Source: Lachnospiraceae bacterium | Lineage (GTDB): Bacteria; Bacillota; Clostridia; Lachnospirales; Lachnospiraceae | Direction of reading: 5' to 3' | Length of the DNA stretch: 64,000 nt | Assembly (NCBI GenBank): GCA_016288005.1 | Contig: JAEEXY010000007.1 | Location: 7,444-71,443, forward strand | Shown: positions 56,853 to 64,000 of the stretch, one piece after another | Position numbering within the stretch: the first letter of the stretch is position 1 | Layout: every line of letters starts with the position of its first letter | Program-made: the position numbers and the translations under genes | The notes under the pieces: model-generated | Database searches by the model: none | What the model saw: only the letters and a program-made list of their open reading frames with translations | What the model was told of the DNA's origin: nothing

Positions 56853-58214
56853 ATGAAGAAAATAACAGTTTGTCTGGCGGCCGCGGCACTCGCGTGCGGA
56901 CTGCTGGCAGGGTGCGGCTCGGGAAAGACGCCGGAATCGGATCCGACGGCAGCGCCTGAGGTAAACGCGGAACCTGAGGTTACTGCAGAACCTGCAGTTA
57001 CAGCAGTAGCCGGCGAAAACGGCATCATCACGGTCGGGACCGATGCGGCAACGATAGCTGAGGCTGTAGAGATGGCAAAGGCGGGCGACGTGGTATTTTT
57101 GCCTGCGGGGACCTATACGGAGAGCGCTGCGGTCGAAAAGGACGGCATTACGCTTCGCGGCGAGGACGGGACCGTATTTGACGGGACAGGCATCGATATC
57201 GACGATGACAACAGCGTGGTGATCTATGTGAAAGGCAGCGGCATCACGGTCGAGAACATCGAGATCCGGAACTTTATCATCGAGGGACCTTCGGATTATT
57301 GCCCGATAGGCATTCAGGTGGCCAAGGGCTCATCGGATATTACGGTCAGGAACTGCAAGGTCCACGACCACGGATTTAAGTATGATTACAGCACCGATGA
57401 CGATAATTACAACGCTCACGGCATATATGTGAGCGGAGGCGTGAACAGACAGACGACCAATGTGCTCGTGGAGGGCTGCGAACTGTACAACCTGCATCTC
57501 GGGAGCAGTGAATCGCTCGTGTTCAACGGAAATGTGGTCGGTTTCGAGGCCAGGGGCAATTACATCCATGACTGTGACAATATCGGCATCGACGCGATCG
57601 GATATGAGCAGGACGAGGACAATGACAACGACAGCGCGAGGAACGGAAAGATCCACGGGAACCGCGTTGAGGGCATCTGCTCCGATCCGGCGGTCAATCC
57701 CACTTACGATTCGATGTGCGCCGACGGCATCTATGTTGACGGCGGCCGCGATATCGAGATATTCGACAATTTCGTGATCAACTGCGATATCGGCATAGAG
57801 GTCGCGAGTGAGCACGCGGGAAAGGTGACCTCCGGCATCAATGTTCATGACAATGTGCTGGCGTACAACAATTCCTGGGCGGGCATCTGCATCGGAGGTT
57901 ACGACCCTGAGGAGACCGGAACCGCAAAGGCCTGCACCATAAAGAACAATACCGTTTACAATACCGACAGCTACTGCATCGTGGTCCAGTATGCTTGCGA
58001 TGAGTCGAATGTCATCGAGGACAATATCTTTGCTGCCGGAGAGGACGGCATCGCGTACGGAGACGAGTTCGATGAGCTCAGCCGCGGCAATACGATCAGG
58101 AACAATAAATTCACGATCGATATGGCGGAGTTCGGTTACCCCGAAAACGAGCAGATCACGGTAAAGAGCGTGACCGTGGATAAGGAGAACGGGAACGTAA
58201 AGATCGACTATTGA
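56853..58214 (+). CDS. Right-handed parallel beta-helix repeat lipoprotein
   Basis: Lipobox LLAGCGS. Repeated ..I.V.N..I.....GI.. beta-helix rungs (pectate-lyase/NosD-like fold). Confidence 0.7.
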   Translation: MKKITVCLAAAALACGLLAGCGSGKTPESDPTAAPEVNAEPEVTAEPAVTAVAGENGIITVGTDAATIAEAVEMAKAGDVVFLPAGTYTESAAVEKDGITLRGEDGTVFDGTGIDIDDDNSVVIYVKGSGITVENIEIRNFIIEGPSDYCPIGIQVAKGSSDITVRNCKVHDHGFKYDYSTDDDNYNAHGIYVSGGVNRQTTNVLVEGCELYNLHLGSSESLVFNGNVVGFEARGNYIHDCDNIGIDAIGYEQDEDNDNDSARNGKIHGNRVEGICSDPAVNPTYDSMCADGIYVDGGRDIEIFDNFVINCDIGIEVASEHAGKVTSGINVHDNVLAYNNSWAGICIGGYDPEETGTAKACTIKNNTVYNTDSYCIVVQYACDESNVIEDNIFAAGEDGIAYGDEFDELSRGNTIRNNKFTIDMAEFGYPENEQITVKSVTVDKENGNVKIDY

Positions 58215-58341
58215 TATGAAATGCATACGGATCGCTTCAAAAGCACTCGCCCCCGCGGGTGCTTTTGTGCTATACTGTGTGTATCGGGGAGCGCATATTG
58301 ACTGCACATGGATGTATGAATAAAAGAAACGGAGAATCGAA

Positions 58342-59766
58342 ATGAAGAGAAGCGGATCATTTACAAGGATCGCGGCGCTGATGCTGGTACTGATGCTGGC
58401 GGCGGCCGCGGCGGGATGCAATAAAAAGGCGCCCGACGTAACAAACGTAACGCCCGTAACGGATATGCCTTCCGCAGGGCAGGATGATGCAAAGGCCACA
58501 CCTACCGCGTCACCCACCGAGGCGCCCGCGACACCTACGCCGGAACCCACAAAGGAGCCGACGGCCACACCGACACCCGAGCCTACGGCTGAGCCGACAG
58601 AGGCACTGCCCGAGCCTCCCGACGGAAAAGATTCTGCGGTCAAGGTTTCTTCCGTAGAGGAGCTGGTGGAGGCGATCGCGCCCGGAGCGGTGATCCTGAT
58701 CGAGGCGGGCCGCTACAATGTCGGCGAATTTGAAGACAGATTTGAGACGGTTGAGGATATCTACGCATGGAATGATGCGCATGAATATGTTGAGTTCGAG
58801 GGCGTATATGACGGATGGCAGATCGTTGTCAAAAACGCGGACGGTATCAGCATCTCGGGTCCCGGGCCGGATATGTCGGCAGTCGAGCTCGTTACCGATC
58901 CCCGTTATGCTGCCATACTGACATTTAAGGACTGCAATGATATCTCGCTTCACTGCATGACGATGGGACATACGGATAAGGGCGACTGCACGGGCAATGT
59001 TGTCGATCTGATCCGGTGCAAGAACGTTTATATGAGCGAGCTCGATCTGTACGGCTGCGGCGTATACGGCATAGGTACGTCGGAGGAGACCGGGGATCTG
59101 TATGTGAGCAACTCGGTGATCAGGGACTGCGCATACGGCCCCTTTGATATCGAGCAGCCGGCCGGAGACTTTAATTTCCTTGACTGCCGCATGACAGGCT
59201 CGTATTGGGGCGGATCGTTCGACTATAATCTCTCGTCGCAGCTCAGCTTTTACCGCTGCACGTTCGGTGATGGCGAGTCGAACGAATGGTATTTCGTTGA
59301 CCATGTTTACAAAGAGGACTGCGTTTTTGCGGAGATTACCGAGTATCCCGACTATGGGGAGGAGTATCCGGATTATTCCGATATGGAGATCCCGGAGCTC
59401 GAGCTGGAGAGCGCGCAGCAGGTGCCCGCTGAGAGAGAGGCGATCTCGGGAACGGGATGGAGCGCGGTCTATTCGCAGGATGTCCTGACGGATCAGCTCA
59501 CTTATGTCGGCATGGGCAGCAACTTCCGCGATATCGCGTTTTCGTTCTACACCGACGATTATATGCCGGGGCAGGGCTGGTATTGCTATGACGGCGATTT
59601 CTACGATCTGACATGGGACATCACCGACGACGGAATGGTAAGGTTTGAGACCGACAGCCTTGGGACTCTGTTCGCCGCGATATTTAAGGTTCCGTCATCC
59701 GACGGGACGGGTACCGTAAACTGGCTGAGAGTCGCGATAGGAGACGAGACATTCTGGCTGTATTGA
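58342..59766 (+). CDS. Lipoprotein with Pro/Thr-rich linker and parallel beta-helix-like repeats
   Basis: Lipobox AAAGCN, a TPTASPTEAPATPTPEPTKEPTATPTPEPTAEPTE linker, then C/G-rich beta-helix-like rungs. Confidence 0.6.
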   Translation: MKRSGSFTRIAALMLVLMLAAAAAGCNKKAPDVTNVTPVTDMPSAGQDDAKATPTASPTEAPATPTPEPTKEPTATPTPEPTAEPTEALPEPPDGKDSAVKVSSVEELVEAIAPGAVILIEAGRYNVGEFEDRFETVEDIYAWNDAHEYVEFEGVYDGWQIVVKNADGISISGPGPDMSAVELVTDPRYAAILTFKDCNDISLHCMTMGHTDKGDCTGNVVDLIRCKNVYMSELDLYGCGVYGIGTSEETGDLYVSNSVIRDCAYGPFDIEQPAGDFNFLDCRMTGSYWGGSFDYNLSSQLSFYRCTFGDGESNEWYFVDHVYKEDCVFAEITEYPDYGEEYPDYSDMEIPELELESAQQVPAEREAISGTGWSAVYSQDVLTDQLTYVGMGSNFRDIAFSFYTDDYMPGQGWYCYDGDFYDLTWDITDDGMVRFETDSLGTLFAAIFKVPSSDGTGTVNWLRVAIGDETFWLY

Positions 59767-59840
59767 TCTGCAACAAAAATATTTAGCACATTGAAAAAAT
59801 ATTGTCCGCGTGGTAGAATTGTTGTAGGAGGTATTGGGGT

Positions 59841-61625
59841 ATGAGTCTAGAGAAATCTGATGAATTAAAAGAACTGATATCCGCTGCACGGGGTGAAGAA
59901 AAAGCGGATCTGGTCCTGAAAAACGCTAAGGTGCTGAACGTATTCACGGGTGAGCTCGAAGAATGCGACGTGGCGATCCGGAACGGCTATATAGCCGGTC
60001 TGGGCAGCTATGAGGGCTATGCCGAGATCGACCTGGCGGGCAAGATAATATGCCCGGGCCTGATCGACGGTCATATCCACATCGAGAGCTCGATGCTGGC
60101 ACCTTCGGAGTTTGCCAAGGCTGTTCTGCCGCACGGCACCACGGCGGTTATCTGCGATCCTCATGAGATCGCGAATGTGGCGGGAGCCGAGGGACTTTCC
60201 TTTATGCTCGAGAGCAGTAAGGACCTGCCTTTCGAGGTATTCTTTATGCTGCCGTCGTGCGTTCCCGCGACGCCTCTCGATGAGGCCGGAGCCGAGCTGA
60301 ACGCCGCTTCGCTGAACAGTTTCTACGCGAATATCCGTGTCCTGGGACTGGCGGAGCTGATGAATTCCTACGGCACAGTGCGCAACGACCGCGAGATCAT
60401 CTCCAAGATCCTGGGCGCTCAGGACCATGAGAGGCTGATCGACGGACACGCGCCCGGACTGACGGGCCGCGACCTGAACGCGTATGTGGCGGCGGGCGTT
60501 GAGTCCGATCATGAGTGTTCCACCGCCGAGGAGGCCATAGAGAAGCTTAAGCGCGGCCAGTGGATCATGATCAGAGAGGGTACCGCAGCGAAAAACCTTA
60601 ACGCGCTGCTGCCTCTGTTTGATGACAAATACTGTGACCGCTGCATGCTGGTCACGGACGATAAGCATCCGGGCGACCTGATCGAGCTCGGCCATATCGA
60701 CTACATCATCAGGGAGGCCATCAAAGCCGGCAAGAAGCCTGCCAACGCGATCAAGATGGCGAGCTTCAATGCGGCCTCGTATTTCGGCCTCAAGCACCGC
60801 GGAGCGATAGCGCCCGGCTACAGGGCGGACCTGCTCGTGGTTTCCGACCTCGAGGAATTCAAGGTCGAAAAGGTATATAAAAAGGGCAAGCTTGTGGCCG
60901 AGGACGGAAAGATCTGCATCGACGTGCGTGATTTCAAGGGCAGGGAGGACGAGTATCCGAGAGTTTACCACAGCTTTAAGATGCGCGAACTCAGCCCTCA
61001 GGACTTTGTGCTCATGGAGTCCGGCAGCAAAAAGCGCGTGATCGAGATGATACAGGGCGAGCTGCTCACCAAAGAGCTCATAGTTCCCGCCAACCTCGAG
61101 CGTACGGCCGAATGCGCGATCGAAGGCCACAACACGCCCGCGCGCGGCGTAGAGCTGGATAAAGATATAATCAAGATCGCCCTGATCGAGCGCCATAAGA
61201 ACACCGGACATGTCGGCGTAGGCTTTGTAAAGGGCTACGGCATCAAATACGGCGCCATCGCGTCGAGCGTTGCCCACGACTCGCACAACCTGATCGTGGC
61301 CGGCACCAATGACGAGGATATGGCTGTCGCGGCCAATGCTGTCCGCGAAAACGAAGGCGGTCTGTCGATCGCTGTTGACGGACGCGTGCTCTCCACGCTG
61401 CCTCTGAATATCGGCGGCCTCATGTGTGACCGTGACGCGGAGTACGTCGAGGACAAACTCATCGAGATGAAGGCCCAGGCCCGTCTGCTCGGCGTTCCCG
61501 ACGGCATCGATCCGTTCATGACGCTGGCGTTCATGGCCCTGCCCGTTATCCCGAAGCTGAGGATACTCACAAAGGGCCTCGCCGATGTGGATACGCAGAG
61601 CTACGTGCCGGTACTGTTTGAGTGA
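59841..61625 (+). CDS. ade: Adenine deaminase
   Basis: PGLIDGHIHIESSML...TAVICDPHEIANV...DDKHP...SSVAHDSHNLIV motifs, 594 aa. Confidence 0.93.
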   Translation: MSLEKSDELKELISAARGEEKADLVLKNAKVLNVFTGELEECDVAIRNGYIAGLGSYEGYAEIDLAGKIICPGLIDGHIHIESSMLAPSEFAKAVLPHGTTAVICDPHEIANVAGAEGLSFMLESSKDLPFEVFFMLPSCVPATPLDEAGAELNAASLNSFYANIRVLGLAELMNSYGTVRNDREIISKILGAQDHERLIDGHAPGLTGRDLNAYVAAGVESDHECSTAEEAIEKLKRGQWIMIREGTAAKNLNALLPLFDDKYCDRCMLVTDDKHPGDLIELGHIDYIIREAIKAGKKPANAIKMASFNAASYFGLKHRGAIAPGYRADLLVVSDLEEFKVEKVYKKGKLVAEDGKICIDVRDFKGREDEYPRVYHSFKMRELSPQDFVLMESGSKKRVIEMIQGELLTKELIVPANLERTAECAIEGHNTPARGVELDKDIIKIALIERHKNTGHVGVGFVKGYGIKYGAIASSVAHDSHNLIVAGTNDEDMAVAANAVRENEGGLSIAVDGRVLSTLPLNIGGLMCDRDAEYVEDKLIEMKAQARLLGVPDGIDPFMTLAFMALPVIPKLRILTKGLADVDTQSYVPVLFE

Positions 61626-61667
61626 TAAACGAATGCCCTCAGTCGGCGAAGCCGTATCAGGCAATAG

Positions 61668-61709
61668 CAGCGCAATTGCAGGTCGAAGACTTACAATTGC
61701 GCTGTTTTT
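61668..61709 (+). terminator. Intrinsic terminator after ade
   Basis: CAGCGCAATTG / CAATTGCGCTG stem followed by TTTTT. Confidence 0.8.
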
Positions 61710-61855
61710 CCTGATAGAAGCACAAAGTGCGGACTGAGCGCTAAGTGAACAGTCATCGAGCGGACTTTGTACGCGAGATGACCCGGGAACTTGACATTTC
61801 TCTCGCGTTGGAGTAAACTTCGACCTGTAATAAATTTAAGAAAGAGGTAAGCATC

Positions 61856-63397
61856 ATGAAGAGAGTACTTTCCATCGTGATGCTGCTCGTGATCGCGACT
61901 GCACTTTGCGCATGCAAAGGCGGTACCGGGAACGAAGGAACCGATTCTGTTTATTATGGCGGAAAAATAACGGTTGGTATAACCCAGGATTTGGACAGTC
62001 TTGACCCACACAAAGCAGTAGCGGCAGGAACAAAAGAAGTTCTGTACAACATTTTCGAAGGACTTATCAAGGTTGATAAGGACGGCAATTTTGTTCCCGC
62101 AGTTGCTTCGTCTTATGAGATCTCGACCGACGGCCTGAAGTACACATTCGTGCTTCGCGACGGCGTGAAGTTCCATAACGGCAAGGCAGTAACTGCAGAG
62201 GATGTTATATATTCACTCAAGCGTGCGGCCGGTCTGTCCGAAACACCCGAAGCGGATGTTTCCACAGTATCGGCTTTTAAAATTATTTCCGACATAACAA
62301 GCGAGGGCAACAAGGTTATCGTGACTCTTTCGAGTCCCAACACCGAGCTCATCGGCTACTTCACCAGCAGCATCATTCCGTGCGATTACACGGAGCAGGC
62401 GACCAAGCCCGTAGGCACAGGTCCCTTCAAATTTGTTTCATATTCTCCCCTGACTTCGATAGTCCTGGAGAAAAACGCGGATTATTACATTAAAGGCGTT
62501 CCTTATCTCGATGAGGTAACCTTTAAGATCTGCGCAAACACCGATTCGGCATTCCTTGAGCTGCTCGGCGGGAGCATCGACGTGTTCCCGTACCTGACAA
62601 ACGACCAGGCGGCACAGCTCAAAGGTGTGATGAACGTTGTTGACGGCACGATGAACCTTGTTCAGGCACTGTTCCTGAACAACAAAGTGGCTCCTTTTGA
62701 CAATGTAAAGGTCCGCCAGGCGGTATGCTGCGCGATCGACCGTCAGGCCCTGATCGATGTTGTAGCGGGCGGCAAGGGCGAGATCATCGGAACGAACATG
62801 TTCCCTTCGTTCGCTTCGTACTACGAGAAGGATCTGGTAAATTCATATCCTTACGATACCGCAAAGGCTAAAGAGCTGCTCGAACAGGCAGGTTTAAAGG
62901 ACGGATTTACATTTACGATCACCGTTCCTTCTAACTACGATTTCCACGTAAGAACGGCTCAGATCGTAGCGGATCAGCTGGCCAAGGTCGGCATCACCGC
63001 AAAGATCGAGCTCGTAGAGTGGTCGACCTGGCTGTCGGATGTTTACGTAGGCAGACAGTTTACTTCCACGATCATCGGACTGGATTCGCAGCTGGCTCCT
63101 TCGGATGTGCTCAGATTCTATCCGACCGAGTCTTCGAAGAACTTTATGAACTACAGCAACAAGGAGTTTGATGAGGTCTTCGAAAAGGCTAAGGCCACAA
63201 CGGACAGTGCCGAGAAGATCGCTGATTACAAGAAGCTCCAGCAGATCCTTACGGCTGACGCGGCTGCGGCATACCTGCAGAGCCCTGCTCAGCTCGTAGC
63301 TGTCAGCAAGAAGCTCGACGGATACACATTCTATCCCGTATACGTACAGGATATGTCGGTGATCCATTTCAATACGGATCCCAATAAGGCGGAATAA
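61856..63397 (+). CDS. ABC transporter substrate-binding lipoprotein (peptide/nickel, family 5)
   Basis: Lipobox ALCAC. Family-5 SBP pattern (..LDPH.......L.N.FEGL...D.DG...P.LA.S.E.S.DG..YTF.LR.GVKFHNG..). No permease or ATPase genes are adjacent. Confidence 0.85.
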   Translation: MKRVLSIVMLLVIATALCACKGGTGNEGTDSVYYGGKITVGITQDLDSLDPHKAVAAGTKEVLYNIFEGLIKVDKDGNFVPAVASSYEISTDGLKYTFVLRDGVKFHNGKAVTAEDVIYSLKRAAGLSETPEADVSTVSAFKIISDITSEGNKVIVTLSSPNTELIGYFTSSIIPCDYTEQATKPVGTGPFKFVSYSPLTSIVLEKNADYYIKGVPYLDEVTFKICANTDSAFLELLGGSIDVFPYLTNDQAAQLKGVMNVVDGTMNLVQALFLNNKVAPFDNVKVRQAVCCAIDRQALIDVVAGGKGEIIGTNMFPSFASYYEKDLVNSYPYDTAKAKELLEQAGLKDGFTFTITVPSNYDFHVRTAQIVADQLAKVGITAKIELVEWSTWLSDVYVGRQFTSTIIGLDSQLAPSDVLRFYPTESSKNFMNYSNKEFDEVFEKAKATTDSAEKIADYKKLQQILTADAAAAYLQSPAQLVAVSKKLDGYTFYPVYVQDMSVIHFNTDPNKAE

Positions 63398-63415
63398 ACA
63401 TCAATAAAAGACATA

Positions 63416-63479
63416 AAGACATGGGGACGGTTCTTTTTTCTGCATACTAATGCAGAAAAAAGAACCGTCCCCATGTCTT
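63416..63479. repeat. REP-like long palindrome, copy B (30-bp perfect stem)
   Basis: AAGACATGGGGACGGTTCTTTTTTCTGCAT (63416-63445) pairs perfectly with 63450-63479, with a 4-nt loop. The outer stem is identical to copy A and the inner stem differs on both arms. Confidence 0.9.
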
Positions 63480-63553
63480 CTTGCAAAATAAAGCGATCTG
63501 AGATATAGTTAAAGTTACGAAAATATTTACGCACGTATAAAGGGGCTTAGGAG

Positions 63554-64000
63554 ATGACTTCATTAAAGGATATATCGCTCAGATGCGGGGTGTCCATAGC
63601 GACTGTCAGCAAAGCGATCAACAACAAAAAAGATGTGAGCGACGAGACCAAAGAACAGGTCATGAAGGCTGCAAGGGAGCTGGGGTACTGCCTCTCGACC
63701 AGGACACTCAACGCCACGAGAACCTACGGGATAGGAGTCCTGTTCGTGGATGAGTCAAACAGCGGACTCATGCATGACTATTTCGCCGGGGTCCTCGACA
63801 GCTTTAAGCGCACAGCTGAAGACAGGGGGTACGATATAACGTTTATAAACTGCAGCACCAGACAGCCCAACCGCTCGACTTATCTCGAGCACTGCAGGCG
63901 GCACGGTTTTGACGGAGTGGTGCTGGCGTCCATAGATTTCGGGAGCAGCGAGGTGCTGGAGCTGATCTCGAGCGACATACCTCTCGTGACAATCGATCAT
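63554..64000 (+). CDS. LacI/GalR-family transcriptional regulator, 3'-partial
   Basis: ATG at 63554 after AGGAG. N-terminal HTH MTSLKDISLRCGVSIATVSKAINNKKDVSDETKEQVMKAARELGY. The frame stays open to the window end, and it is absent from the ORF track because no stop is reached. Confidence 0.85.
   Translation, partial: MTSLKDISLRCGVSIATVSKAINNKKDVSDETKEQVMKAARELGYCLSTRTLNATRTYGIGVLFVDESNSGLMHDYFAGVLDSFKRTAEDRGYDITFINCSTRQPNRSTYLEHCRRHGFDGVVLASIDFGSSEVLELISSDIPLVTIDH

Noticed and set aside
59865-61664. A 599-aa ORF on the - strand spanning almost the whole adenine deaminase gene. Similar long antisense ORFs occur at 41054-42613, 32342-33745, 57330-58643, 14215-14940, 24192-25163, 47597-48442 and 51850-53007.
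   Set aside because: Each overlaps a sense gene with unmistakable family motifs. The antisense translations are Arg/His/Leu/Val-rich with no recognisable domains, RBS or sensible starts. Long antisense frames are expected when the coding strand is GC3-rich.

Overview
This 64-kb chromosomal segment looks like a Clostridia-class Firmicute. That is an inference from ptb-buk, CIRCE-groESL, a split PurO-type IMP cyclohydrolase plus AICAR formyltransferase, SleB-like hydrolases, and GGAGG-type RBSs with hairpin/T-tract terminators. I support about 50 protein genes, mostly on the + strand and mostly core functions. They include ptb-buk, an MCP, groES-groEL, a GH31 + GPH sugar pair, a nine-gene pyrC-K-D-F-E-B-I + purO-like + purH-like block, deoD, an L-box-controlled dapA-dapB, coaX, dusB, asd and adenine deaminase. 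There is also an Hpt/response-regulator/GGDEF signalling cluster and a run of secreted or lipoprotein enzymes. I saw no rRNA, tRNA or CRISPR array. The many long antisense ORFs in the track are by-products of GC3-rich coding strands. I could not recognise a clear new multi-gene system such as a defence-island-like gene set. The most unusual content is non-coding and sits mainly in the accessory-looking first 5 kb. That region holds a 5'-partial giant acidic repeat protein and a decayed IS3-type element. It also has an ORF-free ~450-nt stretch with perfectly nested helices (candidate large structured RNA). An array of seven 21-22-bp phased direct repeats (iteron, centromere or transposon-end-like) and a start-less gene fragment follow. 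Other leads are a REP-like long palindrome family present twice with compensatory inner-stem changes and a GGDEF protein fused to a ribbon-helix-helix tail next to an AT-rich array of inverted repeats. A hairpin-rich leader or sRNA candidate ending in an intrinsic terminator lies upstream of a metallophosphoesterase gene. All functional calls rest on motif and family recognition by eye; no database search was run.
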